Shown in pieces: positions 39,331 through 52,852 of a DNA stretch of 56,237 nucleotides. The notes beneath the pieces were generated by a model that ran no database searches, had not been told where the DNA came from, and saw nothing but the letters and a program-made list of their open reading frames with translations. The position numbers and the translations under genes were made by a program. Source of the stretch: Bilabrum cf. latius (taxonomy: Eukaryota); contig OZ237737.1 of NCBI GenBank assembly GCA_965178125.1, positions 1,674,001 through 1,730,237 of the forward strand, written 5' to 3'. The first letter of the stretch is position 1. Each line of letters opens with the position of its first letter.

Positions 39331-41457
39331 TTAATCATCGAAGTCCTCGTCCAACCAGTTCGCGTCGGCGGCTACCCCGGCCCCTCCAGCGCCCGCAGGC
39401 GGGTCTGCTGCGCCTTGAGCTTCAAGGTGCTGACCAGCTCGCGGCGGGTGCCTACCTCCAGCGACAGCGGCTGCTGTCATCGTGAGCGCCGATTCAACTC
39501 GGTTACCCTTGGCCTCACCGGCCCTGGCCATCGCCCGGTGAGCACCAATGGTCTGGTTCTCATCCTCGTCCGAACCTGCGTCGTCCCAGTCGAAGTCAGC
39601 CGACGCGAGATCAATCTTCTGGCCCGCATCATGGGCAGCGACATGCGCATCTGGCACACTGTCCTCCCCAGTGGAAGGCCCAGCCTCTGTGCCCATAGAC
39701 GCACGACCTGGCATATCGCTCGACACGGCAACCGGTCCTTCCGCGACCACTGCGCGCATCCCTCCGGGCCCCCTTCGACCCGGGTCCTCCTCCGCCTCCG
39801 CATCGTCGCCTTCATCACCCGCGTCCCAGTCGTCCCACCTGGGTGCTTGCTGAGGCTTGCCTGGTCCAGCTGGTGTCGCCTGCATGCTGCTGCCACTCCC
39901 CGCGCTGGATCCCCCAGAAGCACCCGGTGGGGCTCTAGGACGCTGGTTCCCCTCCTCCTCCTGCTGCTGCTGCTGCTGCCGCCGCATCTAACGGCTGCCG
40001 CTGCTCGTGCCAGGAAGTGCCCCGGAGGCTCGCAGCAGCAGAGCCCTTCCTCCAGCGGGCCCGCCAGGTCCGGGGCGCGGGGGCAGAGACAGAGACGACG
40101 CGCCTCCTACCTGTCGGCCCCCGGCAGGAGGCTGCTTGCTTTCCCTCGAACTGCCTGTGGCTACAGGACTGGGTGTACCCCCTGCGCCCAACACTGGCGG
40201 GAGCGTGGGCAGCGTGGTAGAGCTCTGCCCGCTCGCTCCACCATCTGCCGCAGATCTCCGCCCCTGCTCCCCTCTAGTCCTCCCCTCCCACTCCTTGTCG
40301 CGCCTCTCTTTCTCGATCTTCCGCTGCTCCCTCTCTTTCTCGAGCCTCTCGAACTCGGCCTCGCCGTCATCAATGACCAGCTCCTCCTCGCCGCCTCTAC
40401 CCCGCCCTCTGCCGGCCCCCACTGCCAGTCTCGCCCCATGCTCTCCATCCAAAACGACGCCCTCGTCGGCAGAAGAGCTCGCGAGCTGCCTGGAGCCTCC
40501 CTTCCGCCACTGCCTGCGCGCAATCACGTACCGGGAGCTGTCGCCATCCTCGTCATCGCCCTCCTCCTCACCACCGGATGCACCTGCTTCGCTTGGCCGC
40601 CTGCTGCCGCCCGAGTCGTCTCCTATACCAACCTCTTCTTCCTGGAAACCAGAACCTGAGCCGATGATCCCCTCGGCAGCAGCGCGACTGCTTCCCTTGA
40701 ATGCAAGCGACGATTCCGTAGAGGCGCTGGACACGCAAGGCATCGCGCTTCTGCCACCACTAGCCGCTCCTGATGTCAGCAGTCCGCCTTGATCCTGATC
40801 AATCGAACCAGACAGTGCTGGGCCAGGAGAAGCACCACGCGCCAGCTAGTCCGCTTCCTCGTGCATTGCTTCGAGAATTTCGGGGGCAACCGGTGGTTTC
40901 GATCCGTCTGCCATGGGCCAGGCGCAGGCTTGCGGCAAACCAGCTGCTATTTGTAGCCCAGAAACCCACATTTCCAGTTCCTCTTGGTTTGAGGCCTGCA
41001 GAAAGTAATGAATTGCTCCATCTGCTCCATACACCTCAAAGCAAAGCTTCGCATTGCTAGCTATCACAGACCGCTGCGACTCATCCGCTCTTCCTTGCCC
41101 TGCTAATAACAGCCTACCAGAATCTGTTCCTGCGATCTTGTGGACGTGAGATATGTCAGCTGCGCGCATCCAGCGCTTAGCGGCGGACGGGCCGCGTTTG
41201 GTATCTTGAATGGAGGAATAATAGCAGAACACGACATCCCTGTCGTGTTTGGATGTCCTATACTGTTCAATAGTAAATACCCTGCAAAATATGAAGCCAA
41301 AGGTGCATCACTGGGACGCTACGCAAGCATGCTCTGGATACGGTAATTCATGTGCCAGAGGCTTGAATCACCTTGAATTCCAAGCAGAAGTAAAGCGGGG
41401 GATCTTGGACTTCAGCTTGCTCAAGTTTCCTTGCACGAACACGGTGCTTGCTGCCAT
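39331..41457 (-). CDS. N-terminal PH-domain protein with acidic low-complexity tail ending DANWLDEDFDD; intron 41371-41282
   Basis: VQGNLSKLK..AWNSR|VFTI..FCYY..FEV..YFLQASNQEELEMWVSGL. TAG at 40846 and 39988. Ends TAA 39331-39333. Confidence 0.8.
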
Positions 41458-41583
41458 TGGTGCAGATGGAATCTCCTGGTGTGCCGCCGTCCCGATAGAG
41501 AAGCCCATCACCGCGACAAGTTCCGGCTTGTCTGGCACGCGCGACGAATGGTCGGTACGGCTACTCTGCTCAGAAGATCTAGC

Positions 41584-42636
41584 TTACGTGCCTGCTTTGC
41601 CAGATGCCCGACTGACAGCATCCCGCAGCCGTTCTTTCGCATCCTCCAACGCTGCTTCTATCCGTCTCTCTTCAACCGCGAGAGCCTCTGCGTCCCTCCG
41701 CAGGTCTCGCGCCATCCGTTGCAGCTCAGGGTCTCTTGCCGCGGTCGAGGCTCCGCCCCCGGTGCCGCGCTCCGCCGACCTTAGCACTGATTCTAGCTTA
41801 CGAGCCGCCTGTTCCTACTCCCTACGGCTGCTTGTGGCCGTTTCAAGCGCGCTCTACAGCTCTGCAACCTCCCCCCGGATCAGGCGAGCCACAGCCCCGC
41901 CGCCCGTGCTTGCCGGGGAAACGTGCTGAACGCCCCGCTGCCGTCGCTGCTGCTGCTGCCAAGGAACTTGCACGCGCCCAGGGGACCCAAGGGCTTTGCC
42001 GGAGCGGGCTCGGCTCGCTACTCGAGATGCATCGATAGCATCAAAAGTCTCCGAAGCTGCCAGTGCCGATCTTCCAGCAGCTGCTTTGGACGCAAGGCGA
42101 GCTGCCCTGGCTTCTTTGGCCCTTGAGGCATAGTGCTGAGCAGGATCAGCCCCATATGAATCAATCGATGCCTTTGAAACCATGCTGCCAGCAGCGGCCG
42201 CGCCAAACTACTAAATGTCCTGTAGCCTTCTTTTCTCTTCGTCAGTCGCAACCGGTCTTCGAAACTTTGACTGGACACCTATGTCTGCTGCCCTTGCCTA
42301 TTCATCCTCCCTCTTTTTGATTTGATCTCGGCTCCGTACTTTGCCTTTCTTTGTTTCTATCGGCGCCTTTCTTACTGGTCTTTTAATTCCAACGGCAGGC
42401 CGCGCGACAGGCGTGTCTCGGTCAATTCGGCGACTCCTCGGGTCACTAGCGCCCGGTTTATGACCCCCAGGAAGAAATGCCTACCGGTCTCCAGGCATCT
42501 TCCGGGTTCTCACGGAGGGGTACGATATCTTCGCGGTAGATTTGCTACCGTACAGCTTCTTCAGCATCCTTCCCACATCCGAGTCCATCCCCACCTCTTT
42601 CCACAGAGTAGAGTTGTCTACACTGCTTGATTCCAT
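41584..42636 (-). CDS. Hypothetical coiled-coil protein (weak resemblance to UPF0193/EVG1)
   Basis: Single frame from ATG 42636 to TAA 41584-41586 with 6 TAG; motif DEEKRRLQDI**FG. Confidence 0.65.
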
Positions 42637-43066
42637 TGGAGTGGTATCACTTGGCAGCTCGTTTGTGTGAAGCGCTCGATGCTGGCCTTGCCGCTCGCAG
42701 GGTCTGCAGTTGCACTTGGCCGATGGCACAAGCAATGACGAGCGCCACTAGCATGGCGAGCAAGCATACTATTGTAGTGTTGGGAGGAAACGAGAGAGTA
42801 TACACGACATTTGGGCCGCATGCGGCTTTGGGTCGTGCTAGTCGCATCGGAATAATAGTGTGGTAAATGGGTAGGATGGGTTGGAGCGCGCACTGTTGGC
42901 AATTACGAACACTCATATCACGACAAATCGTCTCCATTGATGAACACAGTTTCAACACAAGCACGGGTGAGCCCCATGAGACTAGTATCTATAGCCAGGT
43001 TTGAGCGTGGTGAGAGCAGCGGCGGCAGCCGCTCCTGCGCACGCCAGGCTAGTCCAAGTACCGAGC

Positions 43067-44441
43067 TCACGCTGCTGGTCGGTCCCACGATGTCTCGTTG
43101 GTACTTTCGTTCCAGAAGTACACCTTCCCGTCATCCGTGGCCACTTCCTGCCACCCTGCGGGCAGGCCTCCTGCATCTGCCACTGCTGCTGGCTCCGCCT
43201 CGGCTGGCTCTGCTGATGCCTCAGCAGCTGCGGCTGCTGGAGCTGGGGCCTCTGCTGCTGCGGGAGTGGCGGCGCGCGCCACCGCTCTGACTCCAGGCGC
43301 CCTCTTGGCAGCGACTGCGATTTAAACAAAGAAGATGGGAGGACATCCAGGGGGTGCGACAGACGAGCATTGAAGGGAGGGGAGCAAGCAGCAGCAGTGA
43401 GGGTGCCAAAGAAGATAGCGCCACAGAGGATCCAGCGCTACAGGCACCCGCGGACACGAATCGCGGCCGTCGGCACAATGTACTGCAAGCTCACATGCGG
43501 CTGGCTTGGTGGCTGCTTTCTCCTGCTTGCGCATGGCAATGAACTTCTTTGCCCGCGCCTCGAGCTTCTGGTCCAGGGTCAGCGAGCTCGAGGACTTTCG
43601 GGTCATCTTGCTCGCACGCCTCTGAATCAGCTCCCTCTTACGATCTGCCATACTCTTTCTCTGCGGTGCAAAAGGCGAACGCGCCAATGGGTGACATGGG
43701 TGCTCACTGCAGCCGGGCCGGGTCACCGAATGCAACGCAGTTTCCGGGCGAATCCGGTGTGAAGTGGTACGGGTGTGACACTTTGTTGAATAAGAAACAG
43801 GTATCACCTATCTTCGGTCTAGGATATCACAAGGTATCGAGATGACGCGTGTCTCACCCTTGTTGCAACTGCTGCTACAGGTGCAGCAGCTGCTGCACCA
43901 CCTGCATCAGCTTCGCTTCCCGATGCAGGTGCAGGCGCAGCGGCTGGGTCAACAAATCCGGGCGGTGCTTCCCACCTGCGATAGAATTTGAGCCAATCCA
44001 GGACAGGCATGCATGGCAGGAGTCAGCAGCTTGCTGGCACAGAAGTGCTGAACCCGCAAAAACTGATACTTACTGCGTCTGCTGTGTTCCAGTATGATAA
44101 AAGTAATCCTGTCCTTCATCTGTGCTAGCTTTAGTCCACTCTCCAGTCAAGTCTGCTGGCTTGTCCCACTGTGTAACCTCGCTACCTTCGTTGTAGTAGT
44201 ACTCTTGCCCTTCGCCCGTGTAGAGCTGCGAAACGTGTGGATAGAGTTGGATTTATCATAGCAATGAATGTCAATCAATCAAGAATCGAGGAACTCGAAG
44301 CTCATTCGTTGTCGGATGACGACGGATCCGCAGTTGCATATCGTGCGGAGTCTTCTAGGTCTGTCCAAACCCATGATTTTCGTATCTGGTACGGGTGAAA
44401 GGAATCAATGTTGTAGTTCTCACAACCTACCAGCCCGACAT
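43067..44441 (-). CDS. Three-WW-domain protein, 5 exons
   Basis: [90 protein letters not shown] introns at 44423-44226, 44073-43976 and two more. Ends TGA. Confidence 0.82.
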
Positions 44442-44988
44442 TATTGCTTATGTCGTGTGTCGGAAGTGCAAGCGTGATCGACGGCTCGCCAGGTCGACAC
44501 CTCGATTATACGTATTTTATAGCAGCACGTTACAAAAGGTAACAGTGGCTGATGGGCTTAAACCGCGGAACCAGGCCATCTTACCGTGAGTATTGAAACT
44601 TTGGTCTGCGTGGCAAGTCGATCGGCGCCTCAGTGCTAGTAGAATGGGCATGAGAACCCTGCAAGCTGCCCAAGAACCCACAGACGTGGCGCTTAATGGC
44701 CTCCGAGTCGGGGCATCATGGCCAGGCGAGTGGCACTGTGGGCCAGTCGGTGGCACGCTTCTCTTACCGATGAGCAAGTTTGGCAAGCAGGCTACGTTCC
44801 CTGTGCATGTCCAGTGGTAGTGAACGACTACCTATTGGCACTGACCGTGCTACAACCATTTCCGGCGCACCCAGTGCTCCGATTTACTCAACCTCTGGCG
44901 TGATGCCTCATATCTGCGCTTCGAAGTGAACGGTAGCGTGAACCCTCCTCCAACCTTGCTAAATTCCAGCAATTCTTGCATTTTTGTA

Positions 44989-46208
44989 ATGGATGACCTC
45001 GATGCACATAAATTAAAGGTAGCAGAGCTAAGGGCGGAGCTTCAAAAGCGTGGGAAACCCACAGTTGGGAAAAAGGCTGAGCTCGTTCGTCGACTTGAAG
45101 AAGTGAGCAAAATTGTTTAAATCGACCTGGGTGTGCCGTAAGATCCACGCATCATGTAATTATGATATTCTTGCTTGAAACTCTTGATCAGGCTTTGGAC
45201 GAGGAGCTGTTCGGGGGGGACGAGGCCAAGGAGGACGGAAAGGGGAGCGACGACGCGCAATAGCCCGACGGCGGCGATGGAGCGGCAAAAGAAGAGCATG
45301 ATGCAGTACCAACAGAAAGCGACCATGATTCAAAAAGGTAGGCTGCGGAGGAAGACGAGAATCCTGACGGCACTGGTGCGCCATCCAATGATGCTGAACC
45401 AACCGCTGGAAAGGATGATCCCGATGGTGAGCAGGGGTCCAGCTCATATGATGGTATCGATGGCATTGATGATGCTACCAGAAAGCTGTTGGAGAGAGCT
45501 GATCGCTTTGGAATCGCTGGACCAGCAGTGGAAGAGGCCAGGCGCAAGCTACGTGCCGCCAAGTTCGGGACCGCGGGCTCTGCGCCATCTGCGTCGTCCA
45601 GCCAAGCCGCGACCTCTAGCGCTGCCCAGGCAGGCGGCTCTGCACCAGCTGCGGCGCCCAAGGTGACTGAGGAAGACTTGCAGGCCGAGCTGTCCAGCAT
45701 CGAGTCTCAGATCAGCGGCATCCTCGCGCGCGCCCAGAAGTTCGGCGGGGCCATGACGGGGCCTGCCCAGGCACAGCTGGATCAACTGCGCGCACGGCAG
45801 CGAGCCCTGCGCTTTGGAGGGGTTGACGCGCTGGCCAAGGAGAGGGCGCCCAAGCCTGTGGCGAAGCCCAAAGGGCCAAGAGATGGACAGAAACCGCCGG
45901 GGCAGCAGGGCAATGGCGGCAAGCCCAGAGCAGGAGGGGCCGGAGGCAAGAGGCAGCGGCCAGACGGTGGAGGCCAGCAGCGGGAGGGAGGCAAAGCTGG
46001 CAAGCGTCTTCGTGTAGATGGTGCAAGGGGAGGCTCGGGCGGAGGGGTGGGACGGAACCGCGGGGGCCAGGGGCGGCAGGCGGGCGGCGGGCAGAGGTCG
46101 GGCAGCGGGGGCAGGGGCGGGCTCGTCGTGCAGCAGAGCAGAGGGGGTGGCGGTGGATCCGGTAGCAGGCGCGGAGGTAGAGGGGGTGGCGGTCGGCGGA
46201 GGCGCTGA
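44989..46208 (+). CDS. SARNP: SAP-domain RNA-binding protein (Tho1/SARNP/MOS11-like); intron 45103-45191
   Basis: SAP domain KLKVAELRAELQKRGKPTVGKKAELVRRL; repeated RAxRFG motifs (RADRFG, RAAKFG, RAQKFG, RALRFG); RGG-rich tail. TAG at 45261 and 45339. Ends TGA. Confidence 0.78.
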
Positions 46209-46399
46209 GTCCGAGGCGGGCCGTGGAGGAGGCCGTTGCTGTTTGAGGTACGGGTACAATGCCTGAACTACGTCAGATGGTAGAACACCGTTGCTATTTG
46301 AGATGCAATGCCAGGTTTCAAATTGCGCAAAATGAATGCAGGTGTCGAAAAGTCCTAAAAAAAACACCAGCGTCGGCCCTCACAGACAGACATTAGCCG

Positions 46400-48736
46400 T
46401 CACTCCTCGACCGGTCCTCTCTTCCTGGCCACCCTCTGCCGAATGCCGCCCTCGGTAGATCTAGTCGGGGGCGCCGCAACATCAGCACCCGCCCCCGATG
46501 CCGGTGATGCCGTTTCGCGATCCACCGCCCCTCCTCCGCCCCTGCGCCCTCCCATGGCTACCCCCACTATGCCCATCACGTCAAGGATCGCATCCCCCGC
46601 GTCCGTCGATCCCGCCGACAGCCCGATGCCCCGCAGCAGCACGGCAGGGTCAACTCCAGTCACGGCCGCCACCAGTCGGGTAAGGGAGGCGCGAAATTGC
46701 CACGCCACAGCCATCAGACTCAAAATCAGGAGAGTGCGAGCAATCGCGCCCATGAAATTGCCTGCCGTGTCGCACACCGACAGGAAGGGCGAGCATGTCA
46801 CGTCCAGCAGCAGCTCCGCAATCAGCAGCGCGATTGCCAAGACCACCGTGCCTCCAAGGAGAAATAGCTTCGGGTAGGGGTTCATGTCGGAGTTGATCTT
46901 GCGGTGACTCTCCAGGGCGCCTCCCAGCGCGCCGTCGAGCCTCTGCCGATACCTCTCGATGAGCTCCTCGGACCCGAACTCGGCGCCGTCATTGAAGGCC
47001 TTCATGGCGCTCTCAAGCGCCTCTTGGTGCTGAACCAGCAGCGTAGCGTCCTTCATCTTGCCGTAGCCTCCAAGCCTTTCGATGCTCTGCTGCATCTTGT
47101 CATCATAGCTGAACCGAGCTGCGGCGTAGGCCGACCGGCAGGCCACATCTGCAGTTGCCTCCAGGACCGTGTTTGGCTGAGGGAAAGCATCTGCATCTCG
47201 AAACAGATTCACGTATGCCCTCAGGTAAAGCCGGAGGGCATGTGAGGTCACCGTGTTCCCGGCCAGCACCTTGCCTTGCAGCTGCTTGCGGACGGTCCTC
47301 TCCACGAAGGCACGCATATAGTCCACGAACTCGTCCCCGCAGGCATCCACCTTCCCGTTGAACCCGCGGCCTGTGCGTACGGCCTTCTCAGGGGGTGGCA
47401 GTTCGAACATGGTGACTGTCTGGAAGCAGCGCTAGATTTGTTCCCTGGTGCCCCGGATGTCCTAGATCCCGTCCTTACCCTTGCCAAGCGCAGCCTCGTC
47501 CTCGTCGTCCTCCTCCCCGCCCCCCGCACCACCCTCCTTCATGATCTGGTTCATCACGCGGTCGCACTCCGCAGCATAGGCGTCCTCCTGCCCCTGCTCT
47601 AGAGGACCCCTCCTCTCCGCCTTGGCCGAGTCGCGCACCAGCACGGTGACGTGCTGAAAGGGGGCCTTGGAGTCCTCCGGCTCGGGGGCGGCCGCCTCTG
47701 CTACCGAGGAGGAGGGGGAGTCCGAGCTTGCGGCACTGGCGTGGTGCTTCTGCTGCCGCTTGGACACGACCCTCGCATACTCCGTGAACATGCTCAACGT
47801 CCTGAGCACGTCTTCGCTGACGTTGCCCTTGATGTTGTACACCATGCTGCTGCTCAGCAACGTGCCCAGTCCAAACACGCTCCGGGTCACGTGCTCACTT
47901 GTCTTGCGGTCAAACATCCCCTGCGTGTCCAGCACGAGGACAGCAGTGCGGGCGCGCTTGCCGTCTCCCTTGCCGCTGGGCAGCGTGAGGTAGAACGGCT
48001 TGGACCACGCCCAGATGCCAACCGTCATGCGGCGGTCACCACCTCCCCATAAGAAACCATCCGCCTCCTCGTGATCTGGTGCTGCACCGCTGCTTGCAGC
48101 CGGCTTGTTGTAGTCGTCTCTGTCTGATTCATCTCGCTCCAAGTTCATGGTCAGGCTGTCCTCGAGCGTCAGCCAATCCTCCAATGGAGGTTGGCGCGTA
48201 CCGTCCCCTGCAAAGAGCGTGTAGGAATCATAAGAATAAATTAGCTTATGTGCAGGTCCACCGTAGATCGTGCTTCTAGGGTTACGTTGGCAACTCACGG
48301 CCTTCATCATGGTGCTGCATGTACTTCAGCATAAACGATAGCAAGAAGCTCTTTCCCGTTCGAAATGATCCTAAGACAGAGAGAACTGATACCGGCATAT
48401 TTGCAGGAATCTGCGACGTAAATGGTGGGACGGCCATCGAGCACGCAAGCATTGATCGTGCAGTTGCAGAAAGGGTGCAAGAATGCGCCGGTACTCACCT
48501 AGTCAATCAACTGATCCAAGTTGTTACCAACGAGTTCAAAGTGTTTTCCACCCTCCAGTACATTCACAATCTGCAAAACAAACGCTGTATTGATGGGCGC
48601 ACAAATCATTATGGGATAGCACGATTCCTATGGGTGCGCGAAAGTCAAGGCAACATACTTGTACCGGCCTGGGGCGCTGGTTCGGGCGAGTATCATTATC
48701 ATTGATACCGGATGTCACGCGTTCTTTGGCAGACAT
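46400..48736 (-). CDS. ATL: Atlastin/GBP-family ER-fusion GTPase, 4 exons
   Basis: RPVQ|IV..FEL; P-loop VLGSFRTGKSFLL; RMTVGIWAWSKPF; VLDTQGMFD; LLSSSMVYNI; FQHVTVLVRD; two C-terminal TM helices. TAG at 48499 (last codon of exon 2), 47462 and 47432. Ends TGA. Confidence 0.88.
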
Positions 48737-48972
48737 ATCACCAGAAATGCTTCCTAGACTGGTCAATGCGCTGTAAAGACGTGCTTGGCGCTGGCTAGGT
48801 TCGCTGTGTCCAGCGAACTTTCCTTTTAGCCACAGACGACTTCAATTGTTCGATCCCACATTATTCGAGCTTGAGACCCGTACTCGCTCACATTTTTCGC
48901 ATTACTCTATCGTTTGTATCATACAAGGGGATTTTTTATCCCTATTGACAATTATACCCAGGAAGCAACCAA

Positions 48973-50415
48973 ATGGGCGACAGTTGGGGAGATTGGGGTT
49001 CTAGCGCTGGGGTTCCACCGCCAGCACCCACTGGTAGTGACTCGAAAAAGGATTATTGGGGAGCCGGTGCTCCAGCAACCTCTGGTGATTCTGGTTGGGG
49101 GACTAGTGGCAACTCCTCTGGCTCCGGAAGCGGGTGGGGGAGCAGCTGGGACGCGCCAGCCCCTGCGAGCGGATCAGGTGCGAACAGCAGCAATGGCACA
49201 GCATCAACGAACGCGTAGGGCGCTGCAGGAGCATCTGCCTGGAGCCGCCATCCCCGAATTCCGCGTGCTTATGGAGGTTTTGATTGGTGGGAGGAGCTTG
49301 ACAAGGCTCCCTAGCAGTCTGGCGGCGGGAGCGGTTGGGACAGCGGTGGGGGCAGTGGATGGGGCACGTCTGGTTCAAGCGGCTGGGGATCTTCAGGTGG
49401 AAGCGGTTGGGACTCAGGGGGCAGCGGCTGGGGCTCATCGACTAACTCGAAGGGGAAGCAGTCAGCAGACCAGGCGGCCCAGCTTGCCACAGGCGGTCAG
49501 ATCCTGTTCCAATCCACGCTGCCTGTGCACCTGCAGCAGGTATACAAAGAGCTCCGAGACTAGTACTCCAACACCCCTGGCAAGAGCAAACTCATGCACG
49601 TGGTGGCATACGTAGGCACTGCCCGGGACGTGGTCTACTTGCCGCCCAGGTTCCCCGACTCGATCTACAGGGCCCAGCAGAGGGAGGGCAGCCGCCCAAA
49701 GAGCATCCACACGGCCCGCCCATTCGATATGATCGACAGGAAGAAACATGATGCGCTAGCTAGGAGCTTCCGGGCTGGGGGTGCAGCCGGTGATGCAGAC
49801 GCCGGCCGGTTGGTTCCTACCGTGGCGGTTGGGCTGCACGGGCTGCAGGGCAAGGCCGCGCAGATGAAGGCAGACTACGCCTCTCTGCAGGAGAACGCCA
49901 TCAACCTGGCAGTGGACCTCAGGAACGGGCTGCGAGACACGGCGGAGCACTTGAGGCAGGCGGAGAGCCTCCAGCTGCAGCAGTCCAGGCTCAACCGGCG
50001 GCTCGTGAGTGCAGTCACCGCGCTGGATGACGTGCTGCTGGCCAGGCAGGGCGCCGAGGCGCAGCAGATGACAGACGGGGAGCGGCAACTTGCGGATGCC
50101 GTCCGCTAGCTGGAGGACCAGCTGAGCAGGAGGCCCAGGTACGAGGGGCGGCTGGAGGGGCTGCACGACCTGTACCGACGGAGCGCGGCCTCGTTCGCGG
50201 CTGGCATGTCGGCACAGGTGGAGGAGGCGGCGGCTATGCACGACCGGTTCCTGCCAGAGGTCGCTCGGCACCTGGCCCGGCACTCGTCCAAGATCCAGGA
50301 CCTCGAGTCCGAGCTGGAGCAGGCGGAGAGACACGTGCACCTGATGGAGACCAGTCTGAGGCTGTGGCAGGGCGGGGCAAGGGGGGTGGACAGAGGCAAG
50401 GGGCGGCTGGGGTAA
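48973..50415 (+). CDS. NUP54: Nup54/Nup57-like nucleoporin with a WG-repeat N-terminus (480 aa, intronless)
   Basis: One frame with 4 TAG (49216, 49312, 49561, 50107) ending TAA. The C-terminal region LVPTVAVGLHGL...LNRRLVSAV...GERQLADAVR*LEDQL...YEGRLEGL...EVARHLARHSSKIQDL follows the Nup54 helical-domain pattern as recalled. Confidence 0.62.
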
Positions 50416-50542
50416 ACCTCCTGGGGTATCTACGATGAGCTTGGAGCCGGATGGCAACATTGAGTAACACCACAATTCCCAGGCTAGAATTACGCAAATC
50501 AAGACTTGTATCGCATGCTCCGAGGAGCATCGGAGTCGCACT

Positions 50543-52852
50543 TCACTCGTCCTCGTCCTCGTCCTCGCCCTCTCCCTCGGCTCCGACATCTCCACCTGCA
50601 GCCCGCGCCGCCGCAGCTTCGCGGCGGGCCTCTCGCTTTGCCTCCTCGGCCTACTCTCGCGCCTTGCGGGCAGCCACCGCGTCGCACTGCTTCAGAGCTG
50701 CCTTGCACCACCCGAGCAGAGCCTGACCCAGAGGGGACAGTCCACCAGGGGAAGCCCCCTCGCCGCCCTCCTCCTCCTCCCCGCCCGCTTCGGCATCTTC
50801 GCCCTCCTCCCCGTCCCCGGCTGCCCCTCCAACCGCAGGGGCAGGCGCCATGGAGCCCAGTGCCTCCCTCGCCAGGTCTGCCCTAGGCCCCTCTTCACGG
50901 CCGGCCACCGCTGCCAGCTCCTCCTGGAGCCCATCCGACCGCATCAGCTCGCGCACCGTCCCCCAGCGCACCTTGGCTGCATCTCTGGCGAGCGGATCGC
51001 CCAGGTCCTCCTTGCTGCTGCCCTTGCACAGGTGCAGCACCGCCGCCATCACCTGGCACTCAAGGGGAGCGGGCGACAGCGCCCTGGAACACACGTGCTT
51101 GCGCAGGGCATCCATGGGACCCAGGCCTAAAGACTTGGCAGCAGCTCCGATCGAGTGCCTAGCCCGAATAAGGGCTTCCACATCCGCAGGCAGCTCACCG
51201 CTGGGCAGCTCCTCCTCCTCCTCCTCCCCTGCAGCCCCCCCTTCCTCCGCCGCGCCGTCTCCACCCTCTCCCTCTCCCTCTCCCTCGGCAGCCTCCGCCG
51301 CAGCCTCTCTGGCAGCCTCCCTCGCCTCTGCTCTCGCGGCTGCCTCGTCAGCCGCCTTGGCCGCAGCATCCTCGGCCTCCTTTGCGGCCGCTTCCACCTC
51401 GGCAGCGGCTGCCTCCTCCGCGCCTGCGTCAAACCCGGCTGCCTCCTCGGACTGGAGCGCCTCCAGTGCGGCCGCTTCCAGGGCAGGCTGCGCCTTGTGC
51501 CGCTGGAACTCGGCCTCGTACTCGGCCCGCTCGCTGCGCTCGTAGGCCTTGGCCACCTCCTCGGCCCAGCCCTTCGCAGCTGCCTCTGCCTCGGGCCCCA
51601 GCCTGACATCGCGACCCAGAGTGTCCACGCACACGGCCAGCAAGACCTCCTTCTGTACTGGATCCGGAATCACCTCCTCGGCGGGCTGTGCATCTGCCGC
51701 TCCCTCCCCTTCCCCGTCCCCCTCCTTCCCCTCACCCTCCCCACCGCTGCCCTCTCCGTCCTCGCCCTCATTGGCATCCTCGCCGTCCTCGTCTTCCCCG
51801 TCCTCACCATCCCCTTCGCCGTCACCCTCGCCCTCTTCCTTCGGTTTCTCCTCCGGAATGCAGCTAGCATGCAGCGATGACATGTACCGCGCAGGCACAG
51901 CCAGGTACTGGCCCAGCTTAGGCACTGCAGGGCCCTGTGAGGGGAGGTACACCATGCGGGACTCGCGGAGAGTGTTGCTTACTCGGACCACAGGTAGCTC
52001 AGGAGGGGGTGGGGGCGGCTTATTGGGAGCTTCCCCTTCGCCATCCTCGTCCTCTTCTTCCTCCTCTTCCTCTTCTTCTCCATCGGCCCCTGCTGCCTTC
52101 ACTGGCTTCCATGCGTCGAAGGTGACGCCCTCGTTGCTCAGCGGGTGCTAGCCCAGCATGTGCTCGCTGCCCTCAGATGCTGCCAAGTACGTAATTTGCG
52201 AATCAACGGGGCCTCCAGCGCCTTCATCGTCCTCTGCTTCCTCGTCCTCCCCACCGACTCCAGCCGGAGGTGCCCCGTCCAGGGGATCCTTGCGAGCAAT
52301 AAAAACACCAGCTGCCCGGACATCCTACATCAATACATTTGCAACCTCACGAAGCTGCGCTGCGGTTATAGTCTGTGCTTCGGCCAGGTCAGAGCGGAGC
52401 TGATCTCTCCGTCGCTGCGCAGCTTCGTTTGCCTCACGCTCCTCCTTCGTAGCCTCAAGGTCTGCTTGCTGCTTGGTATCTGCTTCAGCTTGCTCCTTCT
52501 CCAGTTGTTCTGACATAGACGCATCCTGTGGGGGAAGAAATTATGATGAATGATGAGGGGAAGACATTCGAGTATTGATTGCAATTGGTGGGTTGATCCA
52601 CTCGTGTGCTTCTACCATAAATAGAAGAACGACGAACAAATCTGGACTATCACGTAATTAATCGATAGTATTATTGGACTACAACGCGATGATACTTGGG
52701 CTCACAGCAGCAGCGGATTCCATCCGCTCGGCTTGCTTCAACAGAAACGCGCCAAGGTATTCAATGGGATCTCGCGGTCGAGCTGCAACAACAGCGGCCA
52801 AGCCATCCGTAAGAACATCACCAACAGCTTCCTAGACATACGCAGCGTCCAT
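50543..52852 (-). CDS. Dpy-30-motif radial spoke protein 2-like; intron 52705-52526
   Basis: Dpy-30 motif MDAAYV*EAVGDVLTDGLAAVVAARPRDPIEYLGAFLL; ITYLAAS, GVTF, VSNTLRESRMVY, PKLGQYLAVP, CVDTLG. Four TAG. Ends TGA 50543-50545. Confidence 0.7.
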
